A DNA stretch of 64,000 bases from Desulfatiglandales bacterium (GTDB taxonomy: Bacteria; Desulfobacterota; DSM-4660; Desulfatiglandales; Desulfatiglandaceae), in assembly GCA_963666345.1 (NCBI GenBank), contig OY762721.1, positions 3,584,001-3,648,000 of the forward strand. Direction: 5' to 3'. A program made the position numbers and the translations under genes. Below the pieces are notes generated by a model. That model was not told the DNA's origin, searched no databases, and saw only the letters and a program-made list of their open reading frames with translations. Of this stretch, positions 1-7,898 are shown one piece after another (the stretch's first letter is position 1; each line of letters opens with the position of its first letter).

Positions 1-2670
1 AACCAGTATATTTCTGAAGTTGGTGATAAACATGATGGATGGATAAAAACTTTCTGGGATCAGGGTTATCATTACAATACTAAATGCCCTGAGATTAGAG
101 GAGAGCAGGCTCCGGTCGGTTGTACGGCAACAGCAATGGCTCAAATAATTAATTTTTGGGAGTATCCCACAAGCGTAAGTTTTTCAGATTTGCCAAAGGA
201 GCAAGGTGGGGATGCTTATGATTATTGGGATAAATGGGGAATTCTGCCAATAAATAAAATAAATATATTTGAAGATTCATATGCCTCAGTAAATGATCTT
301 AATAACGCTTTAGAAACCATAGATTACTATACTGATGAAGAATCTCAATCTAGCTCTAGTGCTAGAGATGAACAGGCCTATTTTTGTTTTGGTGTTGGTG
401 CCAAACTTGGAATGAAATATCATAAAGAAGAATCAGGTATACGTTTAAGTGCGGATGCTTACCTAGAGGGTTTTAACTATGGTTCAGCTATATGGGAGTT
501 TAAGGATTATTGCATATGGAACAAATATGAAGACACTATTATTGAAAATTTAAAGAAGGGATGGCCAGTTCAAATTGGGATCATCACGGATGGCTCAGAT
601 GGTCATTCAATAGTTGTAGATGGTTACAAAGATTCAGGTGTTGAACGTTTCCACACCAATTGGGGATGGGGCCTTGGTTACACTGGTTGGATAAATTTAC
701 CCGATACTGGGACTGATTATAAATATGTACAACAAATTGTTTACAATATAGCTCCCTACAAAGGTTGGAACCAATGGGGTGCAGATGAAAGAAATTCCTT
801 CAGCACACTTTATAACGCACCAGATGAAAATGTTATAAAAGAGAAATGGAAAGTTACATGCCCTTCAAGCCATAGTTTCAGTGGCTTAGTAGTTGGATCA
901 GCTAATAATATTTATGCTGCTTGCTCACCAGATGGAACTTCCCAGCACCCCAAAGTCTATATGTACAACCAGTTCGGTTCAAAAACTGGAGATCCAATTG
1001 ATATTCCAGAAAATGTTAAAATTGAATTTATATGCCAAGAAACAGATCCTGAAAGCTCAGATAGGTATGTATTCATTTCCACAGAAAACGGATTCGTATA
1101 CAGGATAGATACCCGCAGTCGAACATGTAATAAAATATGGACAGAACCAAATAGTGATGACATCGATTGTTTAAAAATAGATTCAGACGGCTATTTATAT
1201 GCTTGCACGCTTCATAACCTTTACCAATTAGATTGCAATGGAAATGAAAAATGGCATTATTCTGCACCTGGTGACACGATGTTTTTAGGAGGTGGGAAAA
1301 ATCCCGCAATCGATGAGAAAAGGAATAAAGTCTATGTTGTATATTATGATTCAAATTCTAAAACGCCTTATCTTGTCCAGCTATCCAGGGCATCTGGGCC
1401 TAGTTTTATGAACACAAGATCATTTGGATCTGTCACCATCCCAACCATAAGAACTCCAATAGTAGGTCCTGATGGCACTATTTATATAGGAATATACACA
1501 ACTCTTTATGCACTTAATTATAGTGATATAAATGGTCCAACAAAGTGGACTAAAAATTTAAACTGCAGAAATGGCTGTTTAGATCCTAATGGTGAAAAGA
1601 TATATGTTCCATTATGGGAACAGGAGGATGGTCAATGGTATAATAAAATACGAGCAATGAATACCCTAAATGGTGATGAAATATGGGAAATCAAATTTCA
1701 GCAAGACCCTTCTAAAGATGATATTTGGCAGCCATATACAGCTGGTAATGGTATGGTATGCTTTACTGTTGAAACAGGTGGAGACCCTGAAACCTATACC
1801 GTTTACGGCTATCAGGATAATGGAAATAGCTACGATAAAAAATGGCAATTTGATGCTGGAACATCAGGCGGGGATTTTGCCTTCGGTCCGGGATCTACTT
1901 TATATTTTTGGGGAAAGACCGGTGTTGCTGAAACAATTTATGCTATTTCACAGGGTGAAACTGGAAAAGCCAATGAAGCTGGTATGGGCTTCACAGATAA
2001 TTCATCTCCCGAAAGTCCTCATAGTCCGACTCCAAATGATGGGGCTACTGATTTAGATATAGATGTTTTCCTAGATTGGGAGTCTGGAGATCCAGATTTC
2101 CATGCTTTAAAGTACTCAGTTTTTGTTGGAAAGCAAGGTAGTATTATGGTGCCAGTTGTTACTGACTTAACAAATAGCAATTATACATTGGAAAATTTAG
2201 AAGGGGGGAAGCTTTACAATTGGCAGATTATTGCAAGTGATGGCCAAGCAATTACAAAAGGTCCAACTTGGGCGTTTACAACAGAAATAGAAGATTTATG
2301 TCCCGATGATCCAAACAAAACAGAACCTGGCATATGTGGGTGTGGTGTGCCAGATACAGACACAGACGGAGATGGGGCTGCAGACTGTATTGATTTAGAT
2401 GACGATGATGATGGCCTACAAGATATTATTGAGGATGTAAATCAAAACGGAGCAGTTGATTCGGGAGAAACTGATCCTCTTAATCCTGATAGCGATGATG
2501 ATGGGATGTTAGACGGATGGGAAGTGCAATATGGTCTTGATCCTCTGGTAGATGATGCATCGGGCGATCTAGATGGTGATGGGGTTTTAAATTATCAAGA
2601 ATATCTTAACGGCACAGATCCATCAAGACCACCATTTTTGCCCTTCTTACCATTACTCTTAGAGGATTAG
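1..2670 (+). CDS. C10-family (streptopain-like) cysteine protease with beta-propeller, FN3-like and Asp-rich Ca-binding repeats; 5' end outside window
   Basis: Frame is open from base 1: WDQGYHYNTKCP...PVGCTATAMAQI (catalytic Cys 121-123), GHSIVVDGY, FHTNWGWG. Then PQQ-like propeller repeats, PTPNDGA...GPTWAFTT, DTDGDG/DSDDDG repeats and a C-terminal PFLPLLLED tail. Confidence 0.85.
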   Translation, partial: NQYISEVGDKHDGWIKTFWDQGYHYNTKCPEIRGEQAPVGCTATAMAQIINFWEYPTSVSFSDLPKEQGGDAYDYWDKWGILPINKINIFEDSYASVNDLNNALETIDYYTDEESQSSSSARDEQAYFCFGVGAKLGMKYHKEESGIRLSADAYLEGFNYGSAIWEFKDYCIWNKYEDTIIENLKKGWPVQIGIITDGSDGHSIVVDGYKDSGVERFHTNWGWGLGYTGWINLPDTGTDYKYVQQIVYNIAPYKGWNQWGADERNSFSTLYNAPDENVIKEKWKVTCPSSHSFSGLVVGSANNIYAACSPDGTSQHPKVYMYNQFGSKTGDPIDIPENVKIEFICQETDPESSDRYVFISTENGFVYRIDTRSRTCNKIWTEPNSDDIDCLKIDSDGYLYACTLHNLYQLDCNGNEKWHYSAPGDTMFLGGGKNPAIDEKRNKVYVVYYDSNSKTPYLVQLSRASGPSFMNTRSFGSVTIPTIRTPIVGPDGTIYIGIYTTLYALNYSDINGPTKWTKNLNCRNGCLDPNGEKIYVPLWEQEDGQWYNKIRAMNTLNGDEIWEIKFQQDPSKDDIWQPYTAGNGMVCFTVETGGDPETYTVYGYQDNGNSYDKKWQFDAGTSGGDFAFGPGSTLYFWGKTGVAETIYAISQGETGKANEAGMGFTDNSSPESPHSPTPNDGATDLDIDVFLDWESGDPDFHALKYSVFVGKQGSIMVPVVTDLTNSNYTLENLEGGKLYNWQIIASDGQAITKGPTWAFTTEIEDLCPDDPNKTEPGICGCGVPDTDTDGDGAADCIDLDDDDDGLQDIIEDVNQNGAVDSGETDPLNPDSDDDGMLDGWEVQYGLDPLVDDASGDLDGDGVLNYQEYLNGTDPSRPPFLPFLPLLLED

Positions 2671-2718
2671 GAATTTATTATTTGATACTTCGCTAACATG
2701 ATACCAAAGGCAGCTCAA

Positions 2719-2761
2719 CAGCCATGCATATACAGCATCAATAGCTGTTATTGCATGGCTG
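2719..2761. repeat. Imperfect palindrome H1
   Basis: CAGCCATGCA-tat-ACAGC-atcaata-GCTGT-tat-TGCATGGCTG. Confidence 0.8.
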
Positions 2762-2820
2762 ATCTACCTAGCTACCTCAGCTATTCCAAATCCATATCAC
2801 CAGCTCAGCAGCTTCAAATC

Positions 2821-2849
2821 TTGACATTCCGGCATAATCACAATAAAAT
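2821..2849 (+). promoter_or_regulatory. sigma70 promoter for the riboswitch leader
   Basis: TTGACA(2821-2826)-17 bp-TAAAAT(2844-2849). Confidence 0.75.
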
Positions 2850-2862
2850 AGTTTGTAAATAA

Positions 2863-2951
2863 TCATGAAGATTGACGTGAGGCAACTGGGCCTGTGACCG
2901 TCAAGCCAACCTAGCTCCAAAAGGTGGCACCAGCCCGTAAGGGAACCATGA
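2863..2951 (+). ncRNA. SAM-I (S-box)-like riboswitch aptamer, variant
   Basis: P1 UCAUG/CAUGA; J1/2 AAGA; P2 UUGACG/CGUCAA with UGA/UGUGA kink-turn and GGC-AACUGG-GCC; P3 GCC-AA-CCU...AGG-U-GGC; pseudoknot CUGG/CCAG; P4 CCC-GUAA-GGG. Confidence 0.8.
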
Positions 2952-2977
2952 GGTCAAGAAGACAAACGGACAGATGG

Positions 2978-3007
2978 CCTCTCCCTATTTCAGTGAGAGG
3001 TTTTTTT
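2978..3007 (+). terminator. Intrinsic terminator of the riboswitch expression platform
   Basis: CCTCTC...GAGAGG stem followed by T7; competing antiterminator GAGGTCA(2950-2956)/TGGCCTC(2975-2981). Confidence 0.8.
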
Positions 3008-3036
3008 ATTTGTCCATAGACAAAGGAGAAGCTGAT

Positions 3037-3213
3037 ATGACCGAAAATAAAAAGAAGACCCCTAAGGAACAAAAATCACAACGTCCATTATGCACGGACT
3101 GGTCGTTCACAAAGCAAGTGCTGCCGTTGGGCAGCTTCATAGCTGGAGGAAGGATTTTGAAACCCTCCAGGATGAATAGTTCTGAAGATAAATCAACAGA
3201 TAAGAAAGAATAG
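3037..3213 (+). CDS. Small Lys-rich protein A (58 aa), unknown function
   Basis: SD AAAGGAG before ATG 3037; paralog of the next ORF (GGRILKPSR...DKKE). Confidence 0.7.
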   Translation: MTENKKKTPKEQKSQRPLCTDWSFTKQVLPLGSFIAGGRILKPSRMNSSEDKSTDKKE

Positions 3214-3246
3214 CTACAGCTGAAAATTGAAAAGGAGAATATGGAT

Positions 3247-3423
3247 ATGGCCACAACTGGAAAGAAGACCCAGCAGGAACATCGATTATCGATGGAAGAG
3301 CTGCCTTTGGATCATCCACTGTACAAGACAGGCTTCGTGGTTGGAGGAAAGATTTTGAAGCTGTCCAGAAAAGACAACCATGAACAAGGATCTAAAGATA
3401 AGCCAGCAGATAAGAAAGAATAG
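3247..3423 (+). CDS. Small Lys-rich protein B (58 aa), unknown function
   Basis: SD AAAGGAG before ATG 3247 (alternative start 3241); GGKILKLSR...DKKE. Confidence 0.7.
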   Translation: MATTGKKTQQEHRLSMEELPLDHPLYKTGFVVGGKILKLSRKDNHEQGSKDKPADKKE

Positions 3424-3435
3424 CTGGTACAGCTG

Positions 3436-3479
3436 CAGCTGTGCAATCACAGCAGATATTTGCTGTATCTGCACAGCTG
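3436..3479. repeat. Imperfect palindrome H2, same geometry as H1
   Basis: CAGCTGTGCA-atc-ACAGCA-gatatt-TGCTGT-atc-TGCACAGCTG. Confidence 0.8.
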
Positions 3480-3523
3480 GCTGTCGATGTCTCAATAAAT
3501 TTGATTGTCAGATATGGGGTAGG

Positions 3524-3544
3524 AGCCTCGGAGAGGAGAGCTGT
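3524..3544. repeat. 21-bp direct repeat, copy 1
   Basis: AGCCTCGGAGAGGAGAGCTGT; 20/21 identical to 5445-5465. Confidence 0.85.
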
Positions 3545-3568
3545 TATGTTTGATCTTAGCTAGTTCAT

Positions 3569-4410
3569 TTAATTGTAGGGCCTCAATCTTTCGCTCACTA
3601 TTGCATTCAGCTTTCTGACATCCTCGGTAAGATTCAAGACATGCATTTTTCGGTGACAGTTTGGACATAAGGCAACAGTATTCTCAATTACATCCTCACC
3701 GCCTTCTGACAACCAGGTTAGGTGGTGTTCTTCAAGATACGGCACTCCTTTTCTATCCTTGAATGGAGCATCATTCCCACAAAGCTGACATTTTCCGTTA
3801 GCTATTCTTTTTGCAAGTTCAGCTACATAAACGTTCCTCTCGTAGGTTTTTGAGATGACCTGTCTACGTCCAACTCCTTTTCTTGAATATTTGGCTCTCC
3901 TCTCAAGTTCAGAATAGCTTAACCTAGAAGCCTCCCTCTGTTTTTTCTCCTGTTTGCTCTGTATGAGTTTATCCGGTGTCGGCTTATAAGCTACACCTGC
4001 TTGAAGCTTTAATGGGAAAACCCAAACATATCTCAAATTGTGGTCTATGTCTGGTTGTGTTTCTTTATAAGGTTCACTGGCCAGTTCAACCTGGCCTTGG
4101 TATATATAATTTCCTCTGTCAAACACTTCGAAAAGAAATAAACTAACATCAGATTCGGGAGATTCAGCCACCGTTTTATTCTGATTAGCATCAATTCGTT
4201 GATCACCTCTCAATCCCATGCCAGTGTAGTGAAAGACATCATCTATCCATCGGTCTTCATAAATGGATTTTGTAGGATCAGAGACAAGAACAAGACTATT
4301 CGTTGTAAGGGATCGTCTCATCCCCCCTTTTGTGGGCTGCATTTAAATATTTCTCGCAGTTGGTCGTTTTGGAGGATATCTCCTACCTCTAGATTTGGCT
4401 CAAATGTCAA
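3569..4410 (-). CDS. SRA-like/HNH modification-dependent endonuclease; frameshift near 4322-4331
   Basis: GGMRRS..NSLVLVS...HYTGMGLRGDQ N-domain and CQLC...LEEHH...EGGED...NTVALCPNCHR HNH. TTG at 4410 with SD GAGGAGG gives ...LREIFKCSPQ, which joins GGMRRS only after a -1 shift. Confidence 0.8.
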
Positions 4411-4816
4411 TTTCGTTCCTCCTCAATTTGTCAACGAAGGGAAGATCAGCTGGTGCAAAATCATATTGATCTAGCTGGCTAGGCTCAACCCATCTGTAAT
4501 CATCATGAGCACTGGCTATGATATCACCACTCTGCCAATAGGTGTTAAAAGCTAGAAGGTTTATTGATATGTGGTCATAGTGATAAACACTAGAGCCTAT
4601 AAACATTCCAATGGAAGTAACTATCCCAAATTCTTCCATTAGCTCTCTTTTCAAGCATTGCTCAGCAGTCTCACCGTTCTCAACTTTTCCGCCAGGAAAC
4701 TCCCATTTATTTGGTAGGCTCCCAGTAACCTTCCTTTTGGCTATGAGAATTTTACCATCTTTCACCATAATGGCTGCAGTAACATCTACGATATGGGGAT
4801 CACTTTTTTCAGTCAT
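4400..4816 (-). CDS. NUDIX hydrolase, MutT-like
   Basis: WEFPGGKVENGETAEQCLKRELMEE Nudix box. Confidence 0.9.
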   Translation of the reverse strand: MTEKSDPHIVDVTAAIMVKDGKILIAKRKVTGSLPNKWEFPGGKVENGETAEQCLKRELMEEFGIVTSIGMFIGSSVYHYDHISINLLAFNTYWQSGDIIASAHDDYRWVEPSQLDQYDFAPADLPFVDKLRRNEIDI

Positions 4817-4845
4817 TAATTTTCCTTCTAGTATAGCTTGAACAG

Positions 4846-5397
4846 CTATTGGTTAGATGCATTTTCACCATCTGCTAACAGCCCATATATAATTGTTGGC
4901 ACCGATATGGGTAAAACGGTGAAATATCTTAAGGCCAAGGCAAAGTTGGCCATGTTCCTAACACTTGATCTTCTATTAGGGAAAAATTCGTATTCATTAT
5001 GTGGCACAATTAACACTGCAAGGCTAAGCAATCCATTCTGGAGCCCATATTGAAACTTGTAGAAATCACGGTACAACGTAGCACTATTGCCAAACTGTAT
5101 CTCACCAAAAACAAGACCCTTAGAAAAATCGCCTATCAAACGAGGGGATTTACTCAATCGGGGCTGCAATCGCCAACCTATCTCAGATAAGGCATCAGAA
5201 AACGATCTGTTATATGCAGCTTGATGATGAAGCAAGTTCTTGGTTGTGTTCAATGAGAAATCTGGAGACCATGCGTGAGCAGTAAGGACATCAGACAATT
5301 CCTGAAGCTCTGCATTAACAGAGGATAGCAGCACCTCGCCACAGTGCAAATATTTAGTAAGGTATCTCATATTTGTTTCTAACGCCTGGTTGTCCAC
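4846..5397 (-). CDS. BglII/BstYI-like restriction endonuclease
   Basis: GDFSKGLVFGEIQFGN...YRDFYKF (D...ExQ active site pattern). Confidence 0.7.
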   Translation of the reverse strand: MDNQALETNMRYLTKYLHCGEVLLSSVNAELQELSDVLTAHAWSPDFSLNTTKNLLHHQAAYNRSFSDALSEIGWRLQPRLSKSPRLIGDFSKGLVFGEIQFGNSATLYRDFYKFQYGLQNGLLSLAVLIVPHNEYEFFPNRRSSVRNMANFALALRYFTVLPISVPTIIYGLLADGENASNQ

Positions 5398-5444
5398 CTA
5401 GTTTCATTGATCATGGCTATCACATTACATGTATATTTACTAAA

Positions 5445-5465
5445 AGCCTCGGAGAGGAAAGCTGT
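5445..5465. repeat. 21-bp direct repeat, copy 2
   Basis: AGCCTCGGAGAGGAAAGCTGT. Confidence 0.85.
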
Positions 5466-5490
5466 AGGATTATCTTTTAACTGCTAAAAA

Positions 5491-6090
5491 TCATTTTGAC
5501 GTAGGATCAAATCTAGTCAAGAATTTCTTAATTTCTTCATCTGTAGAATTTTCCGTAATGCCATTCTCTTTTATAAGCTTTTCGATTTCATGCAATTCAA
5601 GGAATTGTCGTTTTGATAAGACATCTTTAGGATCTTGATCACCCCATTTTGGGCCAAATGTTTTCACAGCCCAATACATTACTTTAGCCTTAATTTTGTT
5701 CACGCCTCCACACAGGCAAGCATCGTAAAACATTCTATGTGCTGTTAGAGAAGATCGACAAATTTTTTCACGAAGATCACAAGCTACATCATGAACTACA
5801 GACGCCCTGCGATAATTACCTACAAATGGTGGGCCAATCCATTTATTCCATAGTAGCCATGGGATGCTTGCTCCATTAATTTCAGAACCTCTAGGAGCAG
5901 GCCATTGTTTTCCACTAGGATCAACATAATAAAAATCGTCAAGAAGTATGACATTTCTATCTGGCTCGGGCTCCACCATCCACTCAACTCGGACATCATT
6001 TAAAAAATGTCCATTAGAATCAGCGTACAAGTTAGATGCCAAAAGAATTAGGAGTCCTATGAAGATTTTAAAGAAAACTTTATATTTCAT
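5491..6090 (-). CDS. DUF1353-like exported protein
   Basis: Signal peptide; GASIP...Y..ASVVHD...MY.AV..FG pattern. Confidence 0.7.
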   Translation of the reverse strand: MKYKVFFKIFIGLLILLASNLYADSNGHFLNDVRVEWMVEPEPDRNVILLDDFYYVDPSGKQWPAPRGSEINGASIPWLLWNKWIGPPFVGNYRRASVVHDVACDLREKICRSSLTAHRMFYDACLCGGVNKIKAKVMYWAVKTFGPKWGDQDPKDVLSKRQFLELHEIEKLIKENGITENSTDEEIKKFLTRFDPTSK

Positions 6091-6178
6091 AAGTCCTCAC
6101 AATATTAATATATCTGAAACAAGAGGCTTTGTCTGAATGTGCAGTTCCAATTACTGATGAAAACATACAGCTCAATCT

Positions 6179-6454
6179 CTATTTAATCTCAAAGCCCTCG
6201 TAATAAACCACCATCTCATCAAGTATCCGTTTCTCCCATGGATCTTTCTGGCTCATGCAGCTGCCACATGCTCCGCTATCGGCATCTCTATAAGCACCAA
6301 TGGTTGGATCTAGACCGCCATTCCTGAAGACCCTCTGGTAGTATATACAACCACAAGAAAGCAGATAGAACCTTAAGCCTGTCACTTCACCTGGAAAGGA
6401 CTGAAAGATACTTCTTGCAAGCCAGGTGATTGTTTCTGAGGTGCTGGATTCCAT
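6179..6454 (-). CDS. Hypothetical protein (Cys motifs)
   Basis: 91-aa ORF collinear with neighbours; CGC and CxxC. Confidence 0.55.
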   Translation of the reverse strand: MESSTSETITWLARSIFQSFPGEVTGLRFYLLSCGCIYYQRVFRNGGLDPTIGAYRDADSGACGSCMSQKDPWEKRILDEMVVYYEGFEIK

Positions 6455-6517
6455 ATATTTGCCTTGTAGTTCTTATTTATAAACTGGAAGGTTCCAAGCT
6501 ACATTATGTATTTTCGG

Positions 6518-7363
6518 TTAAATCTTATCAGATTTTTCCCTGTTGCAGTGCTCACATAATATTTGAATGTTTCTTTCAGTATTGCTTCCCCCTTTTGAAA
6601 CTGGGATGATATGATCAAACTCCAAGTTTTCTTTGCTACCACATTTTACACACTTCCCTCCGTCTCTTCTCCAAACAAACATTCTGACAGCCTCAGGTAT
6701 TGGTTCTCTTGCTAACTCTGGTTCAGATGCCAATCTCTCAATTATTTGAAGCTCCTTTTGGAACCTGTCGAGCTTTTTCATCTCTTTAACATAATATTTT
6801 TTAACTAATAGTTGCCGGTCTTCTTGACTATGTATGTCAGGCTTATTGAAATAATATAGATTCTCTTTATAAACGTAGAAAGTATAGCTTTCAAATTCCT
6901 TCATTATTTCATTTTTTTTGGTATGAATTTTGTCTTTAGCATTTCTCACTCGTTCGCTAAATTTAGCCATTGCTTCTTCATATTTCTGTGCTTCCCTTTC
7001 ATTTCTGTCATTATCCCTGTCTTCTGCAGCCCATTCTCTATCCCAATGCTTGCTTTTAGCTATATCGTACCTACGGTCAAAAGGATCAAGAGCTGTTCTA
7101 AATTCAGGAACATAAGTGTAATATCTTTTAGGTTTTTTAGGAGGGACATTAGGAACTTTTATATTACTTAAGTCAATATTTAACAGAGCTGCAGACAATA
7201 GTTGAGGATCATCTTTTTGAGTTCGTTTAAATTCAGCCATATGTTTTTGCGAAGAAAACTCAATCAAGCATGGTCGACCCAGAATTTTTATCGTAATTTG
7301 ATCAAACTTGACCTTCTCATTCTCGGTCTTCAAGAATCCTGTACTCAAAACCTTTAGCGCCAT
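6518..7363 (-). CDS. HNH endonuclease (C-terminal HNH), paralog 1
   Basis: VWRRDGGKCVKCGSKENLEFDHIIPVSKGGSNTERNIQILCEHCN. Confidence 0.85.
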   Translation of the reverse strand: MALKVLSTGFLKTENEKVKFDQITIKILGRPCLIEFSSQKHMAEFKRTQKDDPQLLSAALLNIDLSNIKVPNVPPKKPKRYYTYVPEFRTALDPFDRRYDIAKSKHWDREWAAEDRDNDRNEREAQKYEEAMAKFSERVRNAKDKIHTKKNEIMKEFESYTFYVYKENLYYFNKPDIHSQEDRQLLVKKYYVKEMKKLDRFQKELQIIERLASEPELAREPIPEAVRMFVWRRDGGKCVKCGSKENLEFDHIIPVSKGGSNTERNIQILCEHCNREKSDKI

Positions 7364-7480
7364 TTGAATCCCACTTCAAAACCTGAGTTTTTGACCGATA
7401 TTCTCTGGAAAATGCGATTGTAGTAACCCTTATACAAAATGTGCTTTTAGCGAAACAGAATCATATTTCAATAATCCTTA

Positions 7481-7879
7481 TTAGCCTTTTTCTTCAAGGC
7501 TAACTCTAACAGTCGTTTTTTTCTTTTTTTTAACTTTTTTTGGGGTGCCTTTTATCTTTGCCTCCCATTTACCACAATTAAAATCAATCCCACCACCAAA
7601 ATCCATATGTGTAAACCATCCTCTATCAACTTCCTCCTCCTCATCAACCTCAACAACTAAATCATGTCTCTCAGCACTGTATTCATCTTTCAGATTTTTA
7701 AGAAACTGCAAGGCAAATTTAATAGCAGTATCAGGTTGTTCACGTTCGACTTGAGGGACAGTCGAAGCAGAAATCGTTGCAACGTCAGTGGAATATGGAA
7801 AAATCTGGGTGTTAGGCTTACCGCCTATCGGAGTTGCTGTTACTTCAATAATAGGTTCATCCTCGTATTTGTTGGACAT
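7481..7879 (-). CDS. Hypothetical protein
   Basis: ATG 7879 with GGAG SD, directly after the HNH paralog 2 stop. Confidence 0.55.
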   Translation of the reverse strand: MSNKYEDEPIIEVTATPIGGKPNTQIFPYSTDVATISASTVPQVEREQPDTAIKFALQFLKNLKDEYSAERHDLVVEVDEEEEVDRGWFTHMDFGGGIDFNCGKWEAKIKGTPKKVKKKKKTTVRVSLEEKG

Positions 7880-7898
7880 AACTTTCTCCAAAAAACAT

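Noticed and set aside
2879..2983. 6S RNA, SRP RNA or T-box reading of the leader
   Set aside because: Too short for 6S, no SRP GGAA/AGCAG motif, and GGTGGCACC is explained by P3/J3-4. The SAM-I fold accounts for every segment.
2974..3036. Longer N-terminus for small ORF A
   Set aside because: It would start inside the terminator without an SD. ATG 3037 has an SD and matches the paralog's length.
5420..6515. dif/attC-like sites between the minus-strand genes (ACATTA..TGTAT)
   Set aside because: Only short AT-rich matches; no XerC/D pair, no attC R/L boxes and no integron integrase.
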